Shown piece after piece: positions 1 to 10,026 of a stretch of 64,000 bases of DNA. The first letter of the stretch is position 1; each line of letters begins with the position of its first letter. The notes below the pieces were generated by a model. That model was not told the DNA's origin, searched no databases, and worked only from the letters and a program-made list of their open reading frames with translations. Origin of the DNA: Deltaproteobacteria bacterium (GTDB lineage Bacteria > Desulfobacterota_D > UBA1144 > Nemesobacterales > CSP1-2); assembly GCA_052390235.1 (NCBI GenBank), contig JBQTHB010000005.1, forward strand, positions 96,001 to 160,000, written 5' to 3'. Both the position numbers and the translations under genes were made by a program.

Positions 1-1081
1 CGTCGGCTTTGCGCGCCCCTGCGTCAAACAGAGGGGCAAGGAGATTTGCCGCGAGATTGAGAGCCCAATTATCGAATAAATCCCTCAGATTTCCGCCTGA
101 AGCCCCTGCCTCGGCAACGATGCTCAGGCGCGGGAGGCGGTCGGCAAGCGCGGCGGCGGCGCGGCGGTCTGCGGCAAGAACCCCGTAGTATGCCCGCTTC
201 ACATCGGGGCGGCGCTGAATTATGTGAGCGGGAATTCCGGTTGCGGGTATCGGGGGAAGCTCGGCCAATTCGGGGGAGGAATTAGTGGTATAGAGCGCTC
301 TTCCCGCAGTCCTGCCGAGTAGAACGGCGAGTCTATTGTTGAGAGCGGCGGCGGCGGCCTCGGCGGTTTTTTTGAGTCCCTCCAGAGACTCCACGAGCTG
401 GCGCTGGCGAATCACATCTGCCGCGCCGACCTGCCCCCGCCGGAATCTGAGCGTTACAAGCTCAAGAATCCGGGAATTTGTCTCGAACTGCTCGCCGAGG
501 AGTCTCAGCTGTCCGTAAGCGGTTGCGAGTTCATACCAAGCTCCTGCAACCTCGGCTGAGAGCGTAATTGCCGCCGCCTGCGCGTCCTCGCGCGAAGATG
601 CGGCATCGAGGCGGGCGGCATCTCTAGCAGAGCGCACCCTCCCCCAGAGGTCTATCTCGTAGGAGGCGACTAAACCCAAATCCAAGCCGTTCGATGACCC
701 TCCGCCGCCGGAAGAGAAATCCCCGCCGCCATCGTCCCTTTTCCTCGCCGAAGACCCAGCCTCGGCGGCTATTTCAGGCAGGAGCAAAGCGCCCTGTCTC
801 TTGGCGATGGCTTCGGCCTGCGCGAGACGATCCCAAACGGCGAGAAAATTAAAATTTCCGGCGAGCGCCTCCTCTATCAACTTATCGAGCGAGGGGTCGT
901 TAAAACCCCTCCACCATCGCTCGGCAAGCGCCGCCTCGCCGGCTTCGGAAAACGCTTTGGGCATCTGCGCGGGGGATTCCACGGATTTTGGCAGGGCAGC
1001 GCAGGAGGGGAGAAGCGAGATAGCCAATAAAATAAAGGGCAGGCGGTTTATGCGGCGTTTGGGCGTGGTTTGGTTCTGCAA
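1..1081 (-). CDS. Efflux outer-membrane factor lipoprotein (NodT/TolC family), runs off the window edge
   Basis: Not in ORF track (no stop in window). Minus-strand translation from TTG at 1081 (GAGGA upstream): lipoprotein-like signal ending LLPSC, then ERWWRGFNDPSLDKLIEEALAGN and ASYEIDLWGRVR, typical OMF motifs. Confidence 0.85.
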   Translation of the reverse strand, partial: MQNQTTPKRRINRLPFILLAISLLPSCAALPKSVESPAQMPKAFSEAGEAALAERWWRGFNDPSLDKLIEEALAGNFNFLAVWDRLAQAEAIAKRQGALLLPEIAAEAGSSARKRDDGGGDFSSGGGGSSNGLDLGLVASYEIDLWGRVRSARDAARLDAASSREDAQAAAITLSAEVAGAWYELATAYGQLRLLGEQFETNSRILELVTLRFRRGQVGAADVIRQRQLVESLEGLKKTAEAAAAALNNRLAVLLGRTAGRALYTTNSSPELAELPPIPATGIPAHIIQRRPDVKRAYYGVLAADRRAAAALADRLPRLSIVAEAGASGGNLRDLFDNWALNLAANLLAPLFDAGARKAD

Positions 1082-1139
1082 ATGATTCCTCAAGTTCAAT
1101 TATGATGAGTCCCAGTTAAGCGTGGATGAAGACGCGGGG

Positions 1140-1592
1140 CTAAAGGGGTTTTCGGTTTTTTAAAATGGCTTCGGCGACTTTTTTCCTATCCTCAGGCGAA
1201 AGCCCCCGAGCTGCCTTGAGAAACGCCTCCTGAAATTTTATCTGCGCTCCCGTCATGGCGGCGCGTATCTCGGCAAACGCCTCTTCGGCTTTTATAACGT
1301 CAACGGCGTCGCCCCCGAGTGCTTCGGCTAGTTTATAGTTGACCTCTTCGATTCTTTTTCTGAGATCTCCCTCGGCGCGCGGCAGATTGCCCCTGATTGC
1401 CTCAATAAATTCCCTTTGGGCGGAGCGGGGGAGGTCTTCGATGAGCTTTTCGATTTTTTTCTCAAATTTGGCGTGTTTTGGGCTATTGCCGTGCCTGAAT
1501 TTATCGGCTTTGCCTCCGAGAGCAAACCCCAAAAGCCAGATGTTCAGCCCCACTGAGATTACGCAGACAGCGACAATTATTTTTTTCATCAT
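1140..1592 (-). CDS. Periplasmic heavy-metal-sensor / Spy-CpxP-like helical protein
   Basis: N-terminal anchor SVGLNIWLLG, helical body, C-terminal LSPEDRKK motif; follows ECF sigma and anti-sigma. Confidence 0.7.
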   Translation of the reverse strand: MMKKIIVAVCVISVGLNIWLLGFALGGKADKFRHGNSPKHAKFEKKIEKLIEDLPRSAQREFIEAIRGNLPRAEGDLRKRIEEVNYKLAEALGGDAVDVIKAEEAFAEIRAAMTGAQIKFQEAFLKAARGLSPEDRKKVAEAILKNRKPL

Positions 1593-1594
1593 CT

Positions 1595-1972
1595 CTATAT
1601 AACTCCTATATCTTCGACGGGACCCAAAAGGGCCGTCGCCGGGTCAATTTGCTGGGAAAGCGCCTCCTCGGTGAATCCATCGTAAAATCCCGCCATGAAG
1701 CCGAAGAGCAGAAACAGGACGACTGCGGCGAGGGCGAAAGAAGGATTGAAGAGGAACGAGAGAAAACCGCTAGGGTTGGAGCGGGTCGCCGTATTTTCAA
1801 CCACTATTTTGTTGATTAGACCGTCGTCCGCCTCTCGAACCGAGTACAAATCCAAGAGACTGTCGAGGGCGCGGGCATACTCAGGGTTAGACTCAATTTC
1901 ACTGAGGAGCAAATCCTTGGGCTTCGTGGCTTCCCCGCAGGCTCCAATCAGTTTTTTATCCTTGCGTCTCAT
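1595..1972 (-). CDS. Putative membrane-anchored anti-sigma factor
   Basis: Overlaps ECF sigma stop by 4 bp; single TM segment (FALAAVVLFLLFGFMAGF). Confidence 0.6.
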   Translation of the reverse strand: MRRKDKKLIGACGEATKPKDLLLSEIESNPEYARALDSLLDLYSVREADDGLINKIVVENTATRSNPSGFLSFLFNPSFALAAVVLFLLFGFMAGFYDGFTEEALSQQIDPATALLGPVEDIGVI

Positions 1973-2625
1973 ATTGAGTCCTCCTCACCTCGAATTTTCA
2001 AATCCGCATCCAGCATCTGCCCAAGAGCCGCTCTAGCCCTTTGAACAAGCGCCTCGAATGCCCCCTGCGATACCTCCAGCACCCCTGCGGCTTCGATTTG
2101 ATTAAGCCCCTCGTAGTAGAACAGAATTAGAGCCGCCCTCTGCCTTTCGGGGAGTTTTTGAAGCGCGTCTCTAACTCGCCCACGCCTCTGTCCGGCAATA
2201 GCGGACTGCTCGGCGTTCGGCATCGGGGATAGGATTTCATCATCTAATTCGGCGCGTACCTTCGCCGAAGCGTGTTTTCTCATGTGGTCTATCGCGAGGT
2301 TATATAAAATCCTGTGAAACCAGGTCGTGAATTTCGCCTTCGGCTGCCAATTTTGCGCCCCCTTCCAAACCGATAAAAATCCCTCCTGCACTATGTCCTC
2401 GGCATCGGTTCTGTTGCCGACCATTCGCTCGACAAAGCCCAGAGAGCGATTTATGTGCCTCTCCACGATATTGCGATAAGCTAAGGCGTCGCGGCGTCCT
2501 GAGACCCTCTGCATGAGGGCGGCGTCAATATCCGATTGCGAATCTTCGCGGCTTAGAGGCAATATATCGGTTTCCTTCGGAGAGGGGGAGTCGTATTTTA
2601 AACATTCTGCCATAGTATCGGACAT
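1969..2625 (-). CDS. ECF RNA polymerase sigma factor
   Basis: Region 2 DAEDIVQEGFLSVW...KFTTWFHRI and region 4 LPERQRAALILFYYEGLNQIEAA. Confidence 0.93.
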   Translation of the reverse strand: MSDTMAECLKYDSPSPKETDILPLSREDSQSDIDAALMQRVSGRRDALAYRNIVERHINRSLGFVERMVGNRTDAEDIVQEGFLSVWKGAQNWQPKAKFTTWFHRILYNLAIDHMRKHASAKVRAELDDEILSPMPNAEQSAIAGQRRGRVRDALQKLPERQRAALILFYYEGLNQIEAAGVLEVSQGAFEALVQRARAALGQMLDADLKIRGEEDSI

Positions 2626-2716
2626 TTTCAGCTTCGGATTTTATATGCGAAAAGAAGCGGCGCATCTCCTGCCGGGGCGAGCGCTCCACTGCCCGCCCCC
2701 CGCTTTGGTCATAGAA

Positions 2717-3151
2717 CTAGCAGTCTTTTTTAAATTCTGCTCTGTGCTGGTCTTTGATTTCAAAGAGTTTTACTCTCTGCTCCGTGGAAAGCGCCTCTCT
2801 CATAGCCAGGGTCATCTCGATTTTGATTTTTCCAAGTTCCATGTGCGTAGATTCCACCCTGTCATAGGCGGACAAAATTTCACTATTGGTTGAATTCGGG
2901 TTTCTCATCACGGTTTTCATCTCTCTGTAATCGGCTTTAAGGCGGGCGCGCAGAGCCTCGATGCTCCCCTTGTGGGACGATGCGATTTGCTCAATTTGGC
3001 TCTTCTGCCGGTCGCTGAGGGCGAGTTGCTCGACAATTTTCGATTTTGTCCACCAATCGCCGCGTTTGTCCTCGTGTTTTCCGGGTAATGCCCAAGCGGC
3101 GGCGGCAAGGACGAAAACCGATAATGCGGATAAGGTCAACACTCTTTTCAT
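2717..3151 (-). CDS. Spy/CpxP family periplasmic protein
   Basis: Signal peptide; two LTxxQ-like motifs (LSDRQ, LSTEQ). Confidence 0.75.
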   Translation of the reverse strand: MKRVLTLSALSVFVLAAAAWALPGKHEDKRGDWWTKSKIVEQLALSDRQKSQIEQIASSHKGSIEALRARLKADYREMKTVMRNPNSTNSEILSAYDRVESTHMELGKIKIEMTLAMREALSTEQRVKLFEIKDQHRAEFKKDC

Positions 3152-3428
3152 TTGTAAAACCTCCTGACTCGAAATTTTTATTTTGAGAAAATTGCCGGCT
3201 TGTGAATTGTTTTCTCAATCTATTAAACGTATGGGGGGTGAGATTTCCTACGCGCTTTTTTTGACTATAGCAAAATTCCCCCCTCCTCGAATAGCCCATT
3301 TCATTCTCGTCGAAACGGGAATTCCGTATGCCGCAGCGCGTATCCCGAACTGTGATTCGTTGAATTCGGGGGAAAATCCGCTAATATTTTCTCTCGATAG
3401 AGTAAAAACCGACTTTGAGGGTGCAAGG

Positions 3429-4304
3429 ATGAACCGATTTGTGAAATCCCACGGGCTTGGGAACGACTACATTGTGCTAGACGAGGCTAATATCTCATTT
3501 GAACTCACGCCGGAGGTGATAAAACTCATCTGCCACAGAAATTACGGCATCGGCTCGGATGGGATACTGCTTCTGACCCCATCGGAAAGGGCCGATTTCG
3601 GTCTCAGAATCCTAAACCCTGACGGGAGCGAGGCGGAGAAAAGCGGAAACGGGCTTCGGATATTCGCGAAATTCCTGTACGAGCATTGGTACACTAAAAA
3701 AAGCTCCTTCACCATTGACACGCTCTCAGGGGTGGTGTCTGCGGAGCTGGAAAGCAGAGACGGCAGGGTGTCGTTTGTTACCGTTGAGATGGGCGAGGCG
3801 ACCTTTAGGAGCAGGCTCATTCCCGTCGAGGGCGACGACAGAGAGGTCATCGGCGAGGAAATACGCATAAACGGCGAGATACTGAGATTCACGGCGGTCT
3901 CGGTTGGCAATCCCCACTGCGTGGTGTTCGCCGAGGAGCTAGACGAGGCATACACGAAAAAACTGGGGCCCAAAATTGAAAATCACCGCATTTTCCCCAA
4001 CCGCACCAACGTGCAGTTTGCTAAGGTCGTCTCCAGAGATAGAGTAGAGATTCTCATTTGGGAGCGCGGCGCGGGCTGGACTCTCGCCTCAGGGAGCAGT
4101 TCGTGCGCTGTTGCGGCGGCTTGCGTGAGAAACAACCTAACGGACAGGTATTTGACCGTCGCCATGCCCGGAGGGGAGCTTCAAATTGAGGTGAGAAACG
4201 ATTGGACTCTCAAGATGCGGGGCGAGGTCGAGGGAGTCGCCGAAGGCTCCATCTCCAAAGACCTGCTGGAGAGAATCAATAAAATCTCACCCCCAGAGTC
4301 ATGA
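3429..4304 (+). CDS. dapF: Diaminopimelate epimerase
   Basis: FVKSHGLGNDY, NPDGSEAEKSGNGLR, VGNPH, ERGAGWTLASGSSSCA; start moved to ATG 3429. The two usual catalytic Cys positions read Ser. Confidence 0.88.
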   Translation: MNRFVKSHGLGNDYIVLDEANISFELTPEVIKLICHRNYGIGSDGILLLTPSERADFGLRILNPDGSEAEKSGNGLRIFAKFLYEHWYTKKSSFTIDTLSGVVSAELESRDGRVSFVTVEMGEATFRSRLIPVEGDDREVIGEEIRINGEILRFTAVSVGNPHCVVFAEELDEAYTKKLGPKIENHRIFPNRTNVQFAKVVSRDRVEILIWERGAGWTLASGSSSCAVAAACVRNNLTDRYLTVAMPGGELQIEVRNDWTLKMRGEVEGVAEGSISKDLLERINKISPPES

Positions 4305-4380
4305 TTCAATACTGCGCCCAGCCACAGAACGCGGGGGTAGCGGCCGGGCGAAGCCAGTTAATGCAAATGGAAACAAAAGT

Positions 4381-4440
4381 AACGAGTTTCTAGTTTCTAG
4401 TTTTGAGACTAAAAACTAAAAACCAGTTACTAGAAACCGC
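4381..4440 (+). repeat. Heptamer-based palindromic intergenic repeat, copy 1
   Basis: AGTTTCT-AGTTTCT-AGTTTT-GAG-ACTAAAA-ACTAAAA-ACC...ACTAGAA-ACCGC; related copies at 5740 and inverted at 36058. Confidence 0.8.
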
Positions 4441-4499
4441 TTTTAGATTCTCTCGCGCTGAAAAATTGTGTTTAATTCACGGGCTTGCGATTTTGGAGA

Positions 4500-5720
4500 A
4501 TGATATTGAAACTATCGGCGGCGCTTAAAGTCTCATACGGCGCATTGAAGAAAAATAAAATCCGCTCGGCTCTCACGACGCTTGGCATTATTATCGGAGT
4601 CGCCGCCGTTATCGCCTTGGTGTCCCTCACGCAGGGGGCGAAAAATCTCATCGAAGAACAGCTCACGAGCCTCGGCGGAAAATCCCTCATCGTAAATTCT
4701 GGCAGAAGAGCTGGAAGCGGCGTAACCGCCTCAGGGGGCGGCTCTCAAACCCTCACCGCCGCAGACGCCGATGCCATAAGGGGGCTGAGTTTCGTAACGC
4801 GCGTCTCGCCGATAGTTGACACGACTGGTCAGGTGGTCTGGGGAAACCGCAACTGGTTTACCGCGCTCATCGGCTCGTCCCCCGATTTCATCCACATCAA
4901 CGACTGGTTTCCAGAACGGGGAAATTTCTTCACCGAAGAGGACGTTGCAAACTCCGAGCGTGTATGCGTGCTAGGCAAAACCGTAGCCCTAAGCCTCTTC
5001 GGCGCTCAAAATCCCGTGGGCGAGACCGTGAGAATCGGGAGCAACTCGTTCCGCGTTATAGGCGTCATGGCGTCTATCGGGCAGACACCCGGAGGCAAAG
5101 ACCAGGACGATATTATCCTCATCCCCTATACGACGGCGCAGAAGAGAATCATCGGCGTCTCCAGCGTAGAGAACATATCCCTCTCCGTGAGAACACCCGA
5201 AGACATCCCCTTTGCCGAGAGCCAAATCAATATGCTCCTCAGAGAACGGCATCAAATCCGCCCCGGCGAGGAAAACGATTTCTTCGTAAAAAGCCAGCTC
5301 AATATCATCGAGCGCATATTCACTATATCGAAAATCATGACTATTCTCCTAGGGAGCATCGCCTCAATTTCGCTCATCGTGGGCGGCATCGGAATAATGA
5401 ACATAATGCTCGTCTCGGTTACGGAGCGCACAAAGGAAATCGGCATCAGAATGGCAGTAGGGGCGAAGGAGCGGGATATTATGCTCCAGTTCCTGATTGA
5501 AGCCGTCGCTCTTTCACTAGCCGGCGGGCTGATTGGAACGGGCGTGGGGATAGCGGCATCGAAGGCGTCTTCGTTTTTTACGAGCTGGCCCAGCCTGATT
5601 TCGCCATTGGCAATACTGCTCGCGTTCGGATTCGCCGGAGCGATAGGGGTTTTCTTCGGCATCTATCCGGCGAGGAAGGCATCGAAATTAGACCCGATAG
5701 AAGCCCTGAGATACGAATAG
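4500..5720 (+). CDS. MacB/FtsX-family ABC transporter permease
   Basis: RSALTTLGIIIGVAAVI, VGGIGIMNIMLVSVTERTKEIGIRMAVGA, YPARKASKLDPIEALRYE. Confidence 0.93.
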   Translation: MILKLSAALKVSYGALKKNKIRSALTTLGIIIGVAAVIALVSLTQGAKNLIEEQLTSLGGKSLIVNSGRRAGSGVTASGGGSQTLTAADADAIRGLSFVTRVSPIVDTTGQVVWGNRNWFTALIGSSPDFIHINDWFPERGNFFTEEDVANSERVCVLGKTVALSLFGAQNPVGETVRIGSNSFRVIGVMASIGQTPGGKDQDDIILIPYTTAQKRIIGVSSVENISLSVRTPEDIPFAESQINMLLRERHQIRPGEENDFFVKSQLNIIERIFTISKIMTILLGSIASISLIVGGIGIMNIMLVSVTERTKEIGIRMAVGAKERDIMLQFLIEAVALSLAGGLIGTGVGIAASKASSFFTSWPSLISPLAILLAFGFAGAIGVFFGIYPARKASKLDPIEALRYE

Positions 5721-5739
5721 CCACAAACATAAGAGAAAA

Positions 5740-5771
5740 AACGAGTTTCTAGTTTCTAGTTTTGATACTAA
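5740..5771 (+). repeat. Heptamer palindromic repeat, partial copy 2
   Basis: AACGAGTTTCTAGTTTCTAGTTTTGA identical to the start of the 4381 copy. Confidence 0.75.
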
Positions 5772-5805
5772 CCACAACGCGCCGCCTTTTCGGCAGGTTC
5801 AATCC

Positions 5806-7629
5806 CTAAAATTCCGTCCGCACAAAGCCCGCGCCGCCAATGCCAATATCCGGAAGGCTGTCGTCAGAAATATCGCCGAGATTCACCACGACGCTTCCGA
5901 ATCCCGCTCCAGGAGCTGTGTCGCCCGCCAAGGGAAGGGATATATTCGCCTGAGCCGCGCTGAGAGCGGCTGGGAAATTAGGGCGTCCAAAAAACAGATA
6001 CACGCGCGACATTCCCGGCGCTCCTACGGCAAAATCGGCGTTTGTAGGCTCGAAATCAACCAAAAAACCGCTGCTTACGGAATCTGACATAGTGTCCGGG
6101 TTAACGTCTGCGAGGATGGCGACCGATGTTCCAAACCCCCCGCCTGAGCCTGAAATCTGGGACAAGGGCGAGGGGCTAAGTCCCGTAGTTCTCGCTGCCT
6201 CGATTTCGGTTCCCGAATATATGAACACAGCCCCTGAGCCTGAGGGGTTTCCAACGATGAGTTCGTCCCTCTCGTTGCCGCTATTTGTGTCCACGTCGGG
6301 GTCGTCAAGGTCTGCGCCGCCGCCAATAGAGAACCCAAACTGAGACGCGCCCTGAATCACCACAACGCCCGATACGCCTGCGGATAGGTCCCTGCTTGCC
6401 AAATCCCCGCTTCCAAAAATCACATAGGCTCTGCCCGCCCCCGGCGCTCCGACTCCGAGTTCCTCCGTAGAGCCGCTGTCGAGGTTGCCCACTTGCCTCA
6501 GGGCAAATCCGAACATATCCCCCGCCGCTTCGCCTGAGAGAATCACCCTCGCTCCTGCGGCAGAGTTCGCCGAATTGAGGCTACTTGCGCGAAAAACATA
6601 AGCCTTCCCCCGCTGAGATAGGGCATTGGGCGCGCCCACGAGAAGCGCCCTGTTGCCGCCTATGACCCCCGTGCCATCCGAAACGGTAAAGCCGAAGCCG
6701 TCTCCCGCCGCCTCGCCCGTTATGATGACGTCGGCCTCATCTCCCGCAGTGAGATTTATGACAGGCACAAGGTCGCTACTCTCGCCCGTTATGATGAATA
6801 CCGCGCCTGCTCCGCCGTTTGCCCCCGGTGCGCCTATGACGATTTCATCGGCGAAATCCCCCATAAAAGTCCCGATACCAGAGACAGACGCCCCGAACAT
6901 ATCAGCCGCGTTCCCTATAATTACGGCGTCGGGGGTATCGCCGGAGGCGACATCAAAAAAACGGTCTCCGTTCGCGCTCCCCGTGGCAAGGTCGTTGCGC
7001 CCGTAAAATACAAATACCCTGCCTAGACAGGGGTCGCCTATTAGGACATCGCTTATATCGTCGTCGTTGAAATCTCCTCCGCCAATGGAGCGTCCGAAGC
7101 AGCTGCCGCCTGCCGAGCTGGCAAATTGGGCGAACACAAGGGGGGTTGAAACCTCCACTACGTTAGACGGGCTGGACTCGTTTCCGACCTCGTCGCGGGC
7201 GATGATTGCGGCGAAAAATCTCCTTGCGCCGGTTATGTCAATCCTCGGAAAAAGAAACGTCTCAATAGAGCCGGCGGCACTGGGTTCCGGCTCGTCTTCG
7301 ACTTGAGTGGCGTCGTCGAAATTGCTCTGAACGGCTTGCTGAATAGAGGCGAGCGACGCTCCGGCTAGAGAGGGAACGCCGAGAATGGCGGCAACTTCAG
7401 AATCCTCGAAGTAGCGAACGTCGTAAATGCGAACGATGCCCGAATTTCCGTCGTCGCCCGTGGCTGTCCATCCGAGAAGGCGTCCGAAGGCTGAGGTGAA
7501 GTTGGCGATGGCCGCGGGGTCGCTGTCGTCGCCGACTCTAATTCCGCCGCCTCCGCCGCCGCACGAGATGACGAGCGCGAGATGTAGAAAGAGGATTAAA
7601 GCTACTGCCGAGCTGGTGATTGTTTTCAT
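5806..7629 (-). CDS. Lipoprotein with FN3-like domain and FG-GAP/integrin-alpha beta-propeller repeats
   Basis: Lipobox-like LVISC followed by a Gly run; WTATGDDG...ARDEVGNESSPSNVV; repeated FG...GD(F/I)xDD..D..(V/I)GAP units. Confidence 0.82.
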   Translation of the reverse strand: MKTITSSAVALILFLHLALVISCGGGGGGIRVGDDSDPAAIANFTSAFGRLLGWTATGDDGNSGIVRIYDVRYFEDSEVAAILGVPSLAGASLASIQQAVQSNFDDATQVEDEPEPSAAGSIETFLFPRIDITGARRFFAAIIARDEVGNESSPSNVVEVSTPLVFAQFASSAGGSCFGRSIGGGDFNDDDISDVLIGDPCLGRVFVFYGRNDLATGSANGDRFFDVASGDTPDAVIIGNAADMFGASVSGIGTFMGDFADEIVIGAPGANGGAGAVFIITGESSDLVPVINLTAGDEADVIITGEAAGDGFGFTVSDGTGVIGGNRALLVGAPNALSQRGKAYVFRASSLNSANSAAGARVILSGEAAGDMFGFALRQVGNLDSGSTEELGVGAPGAGRAYVIFGSGDLASRDLSAGVSGVVVIQGASQFGFSIGGGADLDDPDVDTNSGNERDELIVGNPSGSGAVFIYSGTEIEAARTTGLSPSPLSQISGSGGGFGTSVAILADVNPDTMSDSVSSGFLVDFEPTNADFAVGAPGMSRVYLFFGRPNFPAALSAAQANISLPLAGDTAPGAGFGSVVVNLGDISDDSLPDIGIGGAGFVRTEF

Positions 7630-7773
7630 ATAAAGCCCCGAAATTTTTAGAATTCTATGAATTCTACTGGAATATAGGGGATATTCAAATAAGAAATCAC
7701 CTCAGAGCGGGGCGCGCGCTTCTATTGAGCCTCTCTTACCCAATACTGATTCATCGTTTACACTCATGGGGCT

Positions 7774-8529
7774 ATGATAGTGCGCCTCAATAAATTTCTG
7801 TCCATGTGCGGAATTTGCTCTCGAAGGAGGGCTGACGAACTGATTGCCGAGGGAAGGGTCAGGGTAAATGGAGTCGTCGCAGAGGAGTTGGGACGGAGAG
7901 TGGACACCGAAGCCGACAGCGTGCAGGTCGGGGGCAGAGTCGTAAAATCCGAGGCGAAAAGATATGTGGCTCTATACAAACCCCGGCTCTACATCACGGC
8001 TCTGGGCGAAGGGGAGGACGATAAAAAAACCATCGAGGAGTTAATTCGCGGCATTGATGAGCGCGTCTATCCCGTCGGGAGGCTCGATTACGACTCCGAA
8101 GGGCTATTAATCCTCACAAATGACGGCGAGCTTGCCAATAAAATCCATCATCCGAGCTTCGGGGTGTCAAAGGTCTATATCGCCAAACTCAACGAGACGC
8201 TATCGGATGAGGCTATGAAATCCATGCTTGAGGGAGCAGAATTAGAAGACGGATTCGCCAAGCCCGATTGGGTGCGCACTATTAACCGCGGGGGGCAGAG
8301 CGCCTCTGCCGTCGAGATAGCGTTTCACGATGGGAGGAATCATCTCGTAAAGAGATTTTTCGAGCAGTTCGGGCATCGCGTAATGAGGCTCAAGAGAGTG
8401 GCTATAGGCAACATAAAGCTCGGCAGGATGCAAAGGGGCGAGTGGCGGGACATATCCGAAGAAGAGCTAAAAACCCTAAAAGCTCTGCTCAAGCCCAGGG
8501 GTAAATCCCCCTCAAGAGGGGCTGAGTAA
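7774..8529 (+). CDS. rluB: rRNA pseudouridine synthase (RluB/RsuA family)
   Basis: S4 domain RLNKFLS..SRRRADELI; catalytic VGRLDYDSEGL. Confidence 0.85.
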   Translation: MIVRLNKFLSMCGICSRRRADELIAEGRVRVNGVVAEELGRRVDTEADSVQVGGRVVKSEAKRYVALYKPRLYITALGEGEDDKKTIEELIRGIDERVYPVGRLDYDSEGLLILTNDGELANKIHHPSFGVSKVYIAKLNETLSDEAMKSMLEGAELEDGFAKPDWVRTINRGGQSASAVEIAFHDGRNHLVKRFFEQFGHRVMRLKRVAIGNIKLGRMQRGEWRDISEEELKTLKALLKPRGKSPSRGAE

Positions 8530-8534
8530 CACTG

Positions 8535-9167
8535 ATGAGCTTTGATATTTTGCTCTTTTTAAAGGGTTTTATTGCCGGCATAGTTATTGCCACTCCCGTA
8601 GGGCCAGTGGCGGCTCTATGCGTTCAGCGCACCCTAATTGAGGGGAAAATTTACGGCTTAATATCGGGATTAGGCGCGGCGGCGGCAGATGCGGCTTGCG
8701 GCGTTATTGTCGTTTATGGGTTTTCATTCATCGTGGACGCGGCGGCGCAGTACGAGCCTTGGTTTCGCATTGCCGGAGGATTGGCTCTGATTTACATCGG
8801 CGCGAGGATTTTTATATCAAATCCGATAGACGGGGCGGCGGCGGCGCGAAACGGAGGCGCATGGAGCGGTTTCCTATCCGCATTCGCCCTGACTCTCACA
8901 AATCCGCTAACAGCCGTGTCGCTCGCGGTAATACTCACAGGACTCGGGGCGCTGGAAGATGAGCCGAGCTATGTATCCTCGATGATTGTGGCTTCGGGGG
9001 TGTTCACAGGCTCGGCGGTTTTGTGGTTCGCGCTGTGCAGCCTTATTTTTCTATTCCGCGAAAAATTCACCCGAAGCAAATTTATATGGCTCAACAGAAT
9101 CACAGGCTCAGCTATATTGATTTTCGGGTTGTTTGCCCTGTCCGGCTGGGTAGCGCTGAGCGGATAA
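8535..9167 (+). CDS. LysE-family translocator
   Basis: PVGPV..LCVQRTL, GLGAAAADA, LTLTNP; multiple TM segments. Confidence 0.85.
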   Translation: MSFDILLFLKGFIAGIVIATPVGPVAALCVQRTLIEGKIYGLISGLGAAAADAACGVIVVYGFSFIVDAAAQYEPWFRIAGGLALIYIGARIFISNPIDGAAAARNGGAWSGFLSAFALTLTNPLTAVSLAVILTGLGALEDEPSYVSSMIVASGVFTGSAVLWFALCSLIFLFREKFTRSKFIWLNRITGSAILIFGLFALSGWVALSG

Positions 9168-9187
9168 CAGGCTCTGCGGGGTAATTT

Positions 9188-9625
9188 TTACTGCAGATTT
9201 GTCTCTTCGGGTTGATAGAAGCTCGGCGGAATGGGCGATGCGTGGTGAATTGTCATGAGCCAGTCCCCGCCGGCGCGCCGCTCGAAAATGTTTGTGGATT
9301 GAGAGATATTTACGGCTACGGGGTCTCTTTTAATATAGGTTATCTGCTGGACACACGTAACCCACGCCACGTCCCCCCTGACCTCCGCCGAGACGTTCAG
9401 AAGTTTAATATCGAGCTGGTCTTCGGGGTCAAAAACATTTTCCCAACTCTGCCTGATAGCCTCCCAGCCTTGGAGCATTATCCACCCCGGATGTACGCAT
9501 CCAGCCGTATGGTCTTTGACCCACACCCGCTCCATTAGGGCTAAATCCCTCGCGGCAAGGGCTTTATAAAAGCTCTGGTTAACCTCCAGCACGGCTTCGT
9601 AGTCCGAGTTCTGCGCCATCATCAT
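9188..9625 (-). CDS. SnoaL/NTF2-like domain protein
   Basis: NQSFYKAL, CVHPGW..LQGWEAIRQSW, TNIFER...WLMTIHHAS. Confidence 0.85.
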   Translation of the reverse strand: MMMAQNSDYEAVLEVNQSFYKALAARDLALMERVWVKDHTAGCVHPGWIMLQGWEAIRQSWENVFDPEDQLDIKLLNVSAEVRGDVAWVTCVQQITYIKRDPVAVNISQSTNIFERRAGGDWLMTIHHASPIPPSFYQPEETNLQ

Positions 9626-9686
9626 GAAATTGACCCCTCGATTTAAGTTGGCAAAAGCGGGTTTATTCTATACGCCTAGAGCGCGG

Positions 9687-9869
9687 TTAACAAGAATTGC
9701 CGCGAACAAAAGGAAAAGCCTCGATTCCAGCCGCGCCCATACCCTTTAGATGCCGTTTGTTATGAAACCGCTTGATGAAATTATGATAAAAGTATTCGGT
9801 CTTATGCCTCAAATGTCTCGCTCCAGCGATTATTCTGACTTGTTCCAACAATTTTGGCTTGTTTTCCAT
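9687..9869 (-). pseudogene. intI: Truncated integron integrase (N-terminal domain remnant)
   Basis: KPKLLEQVR...RHLRHKTEYFYHNFIKRFHNKRHLKGMGAAGIEAF resembles the IntI N-terminus; stops after 60 aa with no catalytic domain; divergent from the cassette array. Confidence 0.8.
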
Positions 9870-9981
9870 AAATTGCTCTTGCGAAACTCCCGAAAATAAT
9901 TTACCCTCACCCTGGCTGTTAGGATTATTACCCCGGATCATCTCAGATAATACATAAAATTCGGTGATTAGAAGGAATGGT

Positions 9982-10004
9982 TCCGCTCAACTGAACCGTT
10001 AGCT
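9982..10004 (+). other. Putative attI / first recombination core site (GTTAGCT at 9998)
   Basis: CCGCTCAACTGAACC-GTTAGCT lies between the intI start and the first cassette ORF. Confidence 0.5.
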
Positions 10005-10026
10005 AAAAAGACAAACCGCTCGCACA

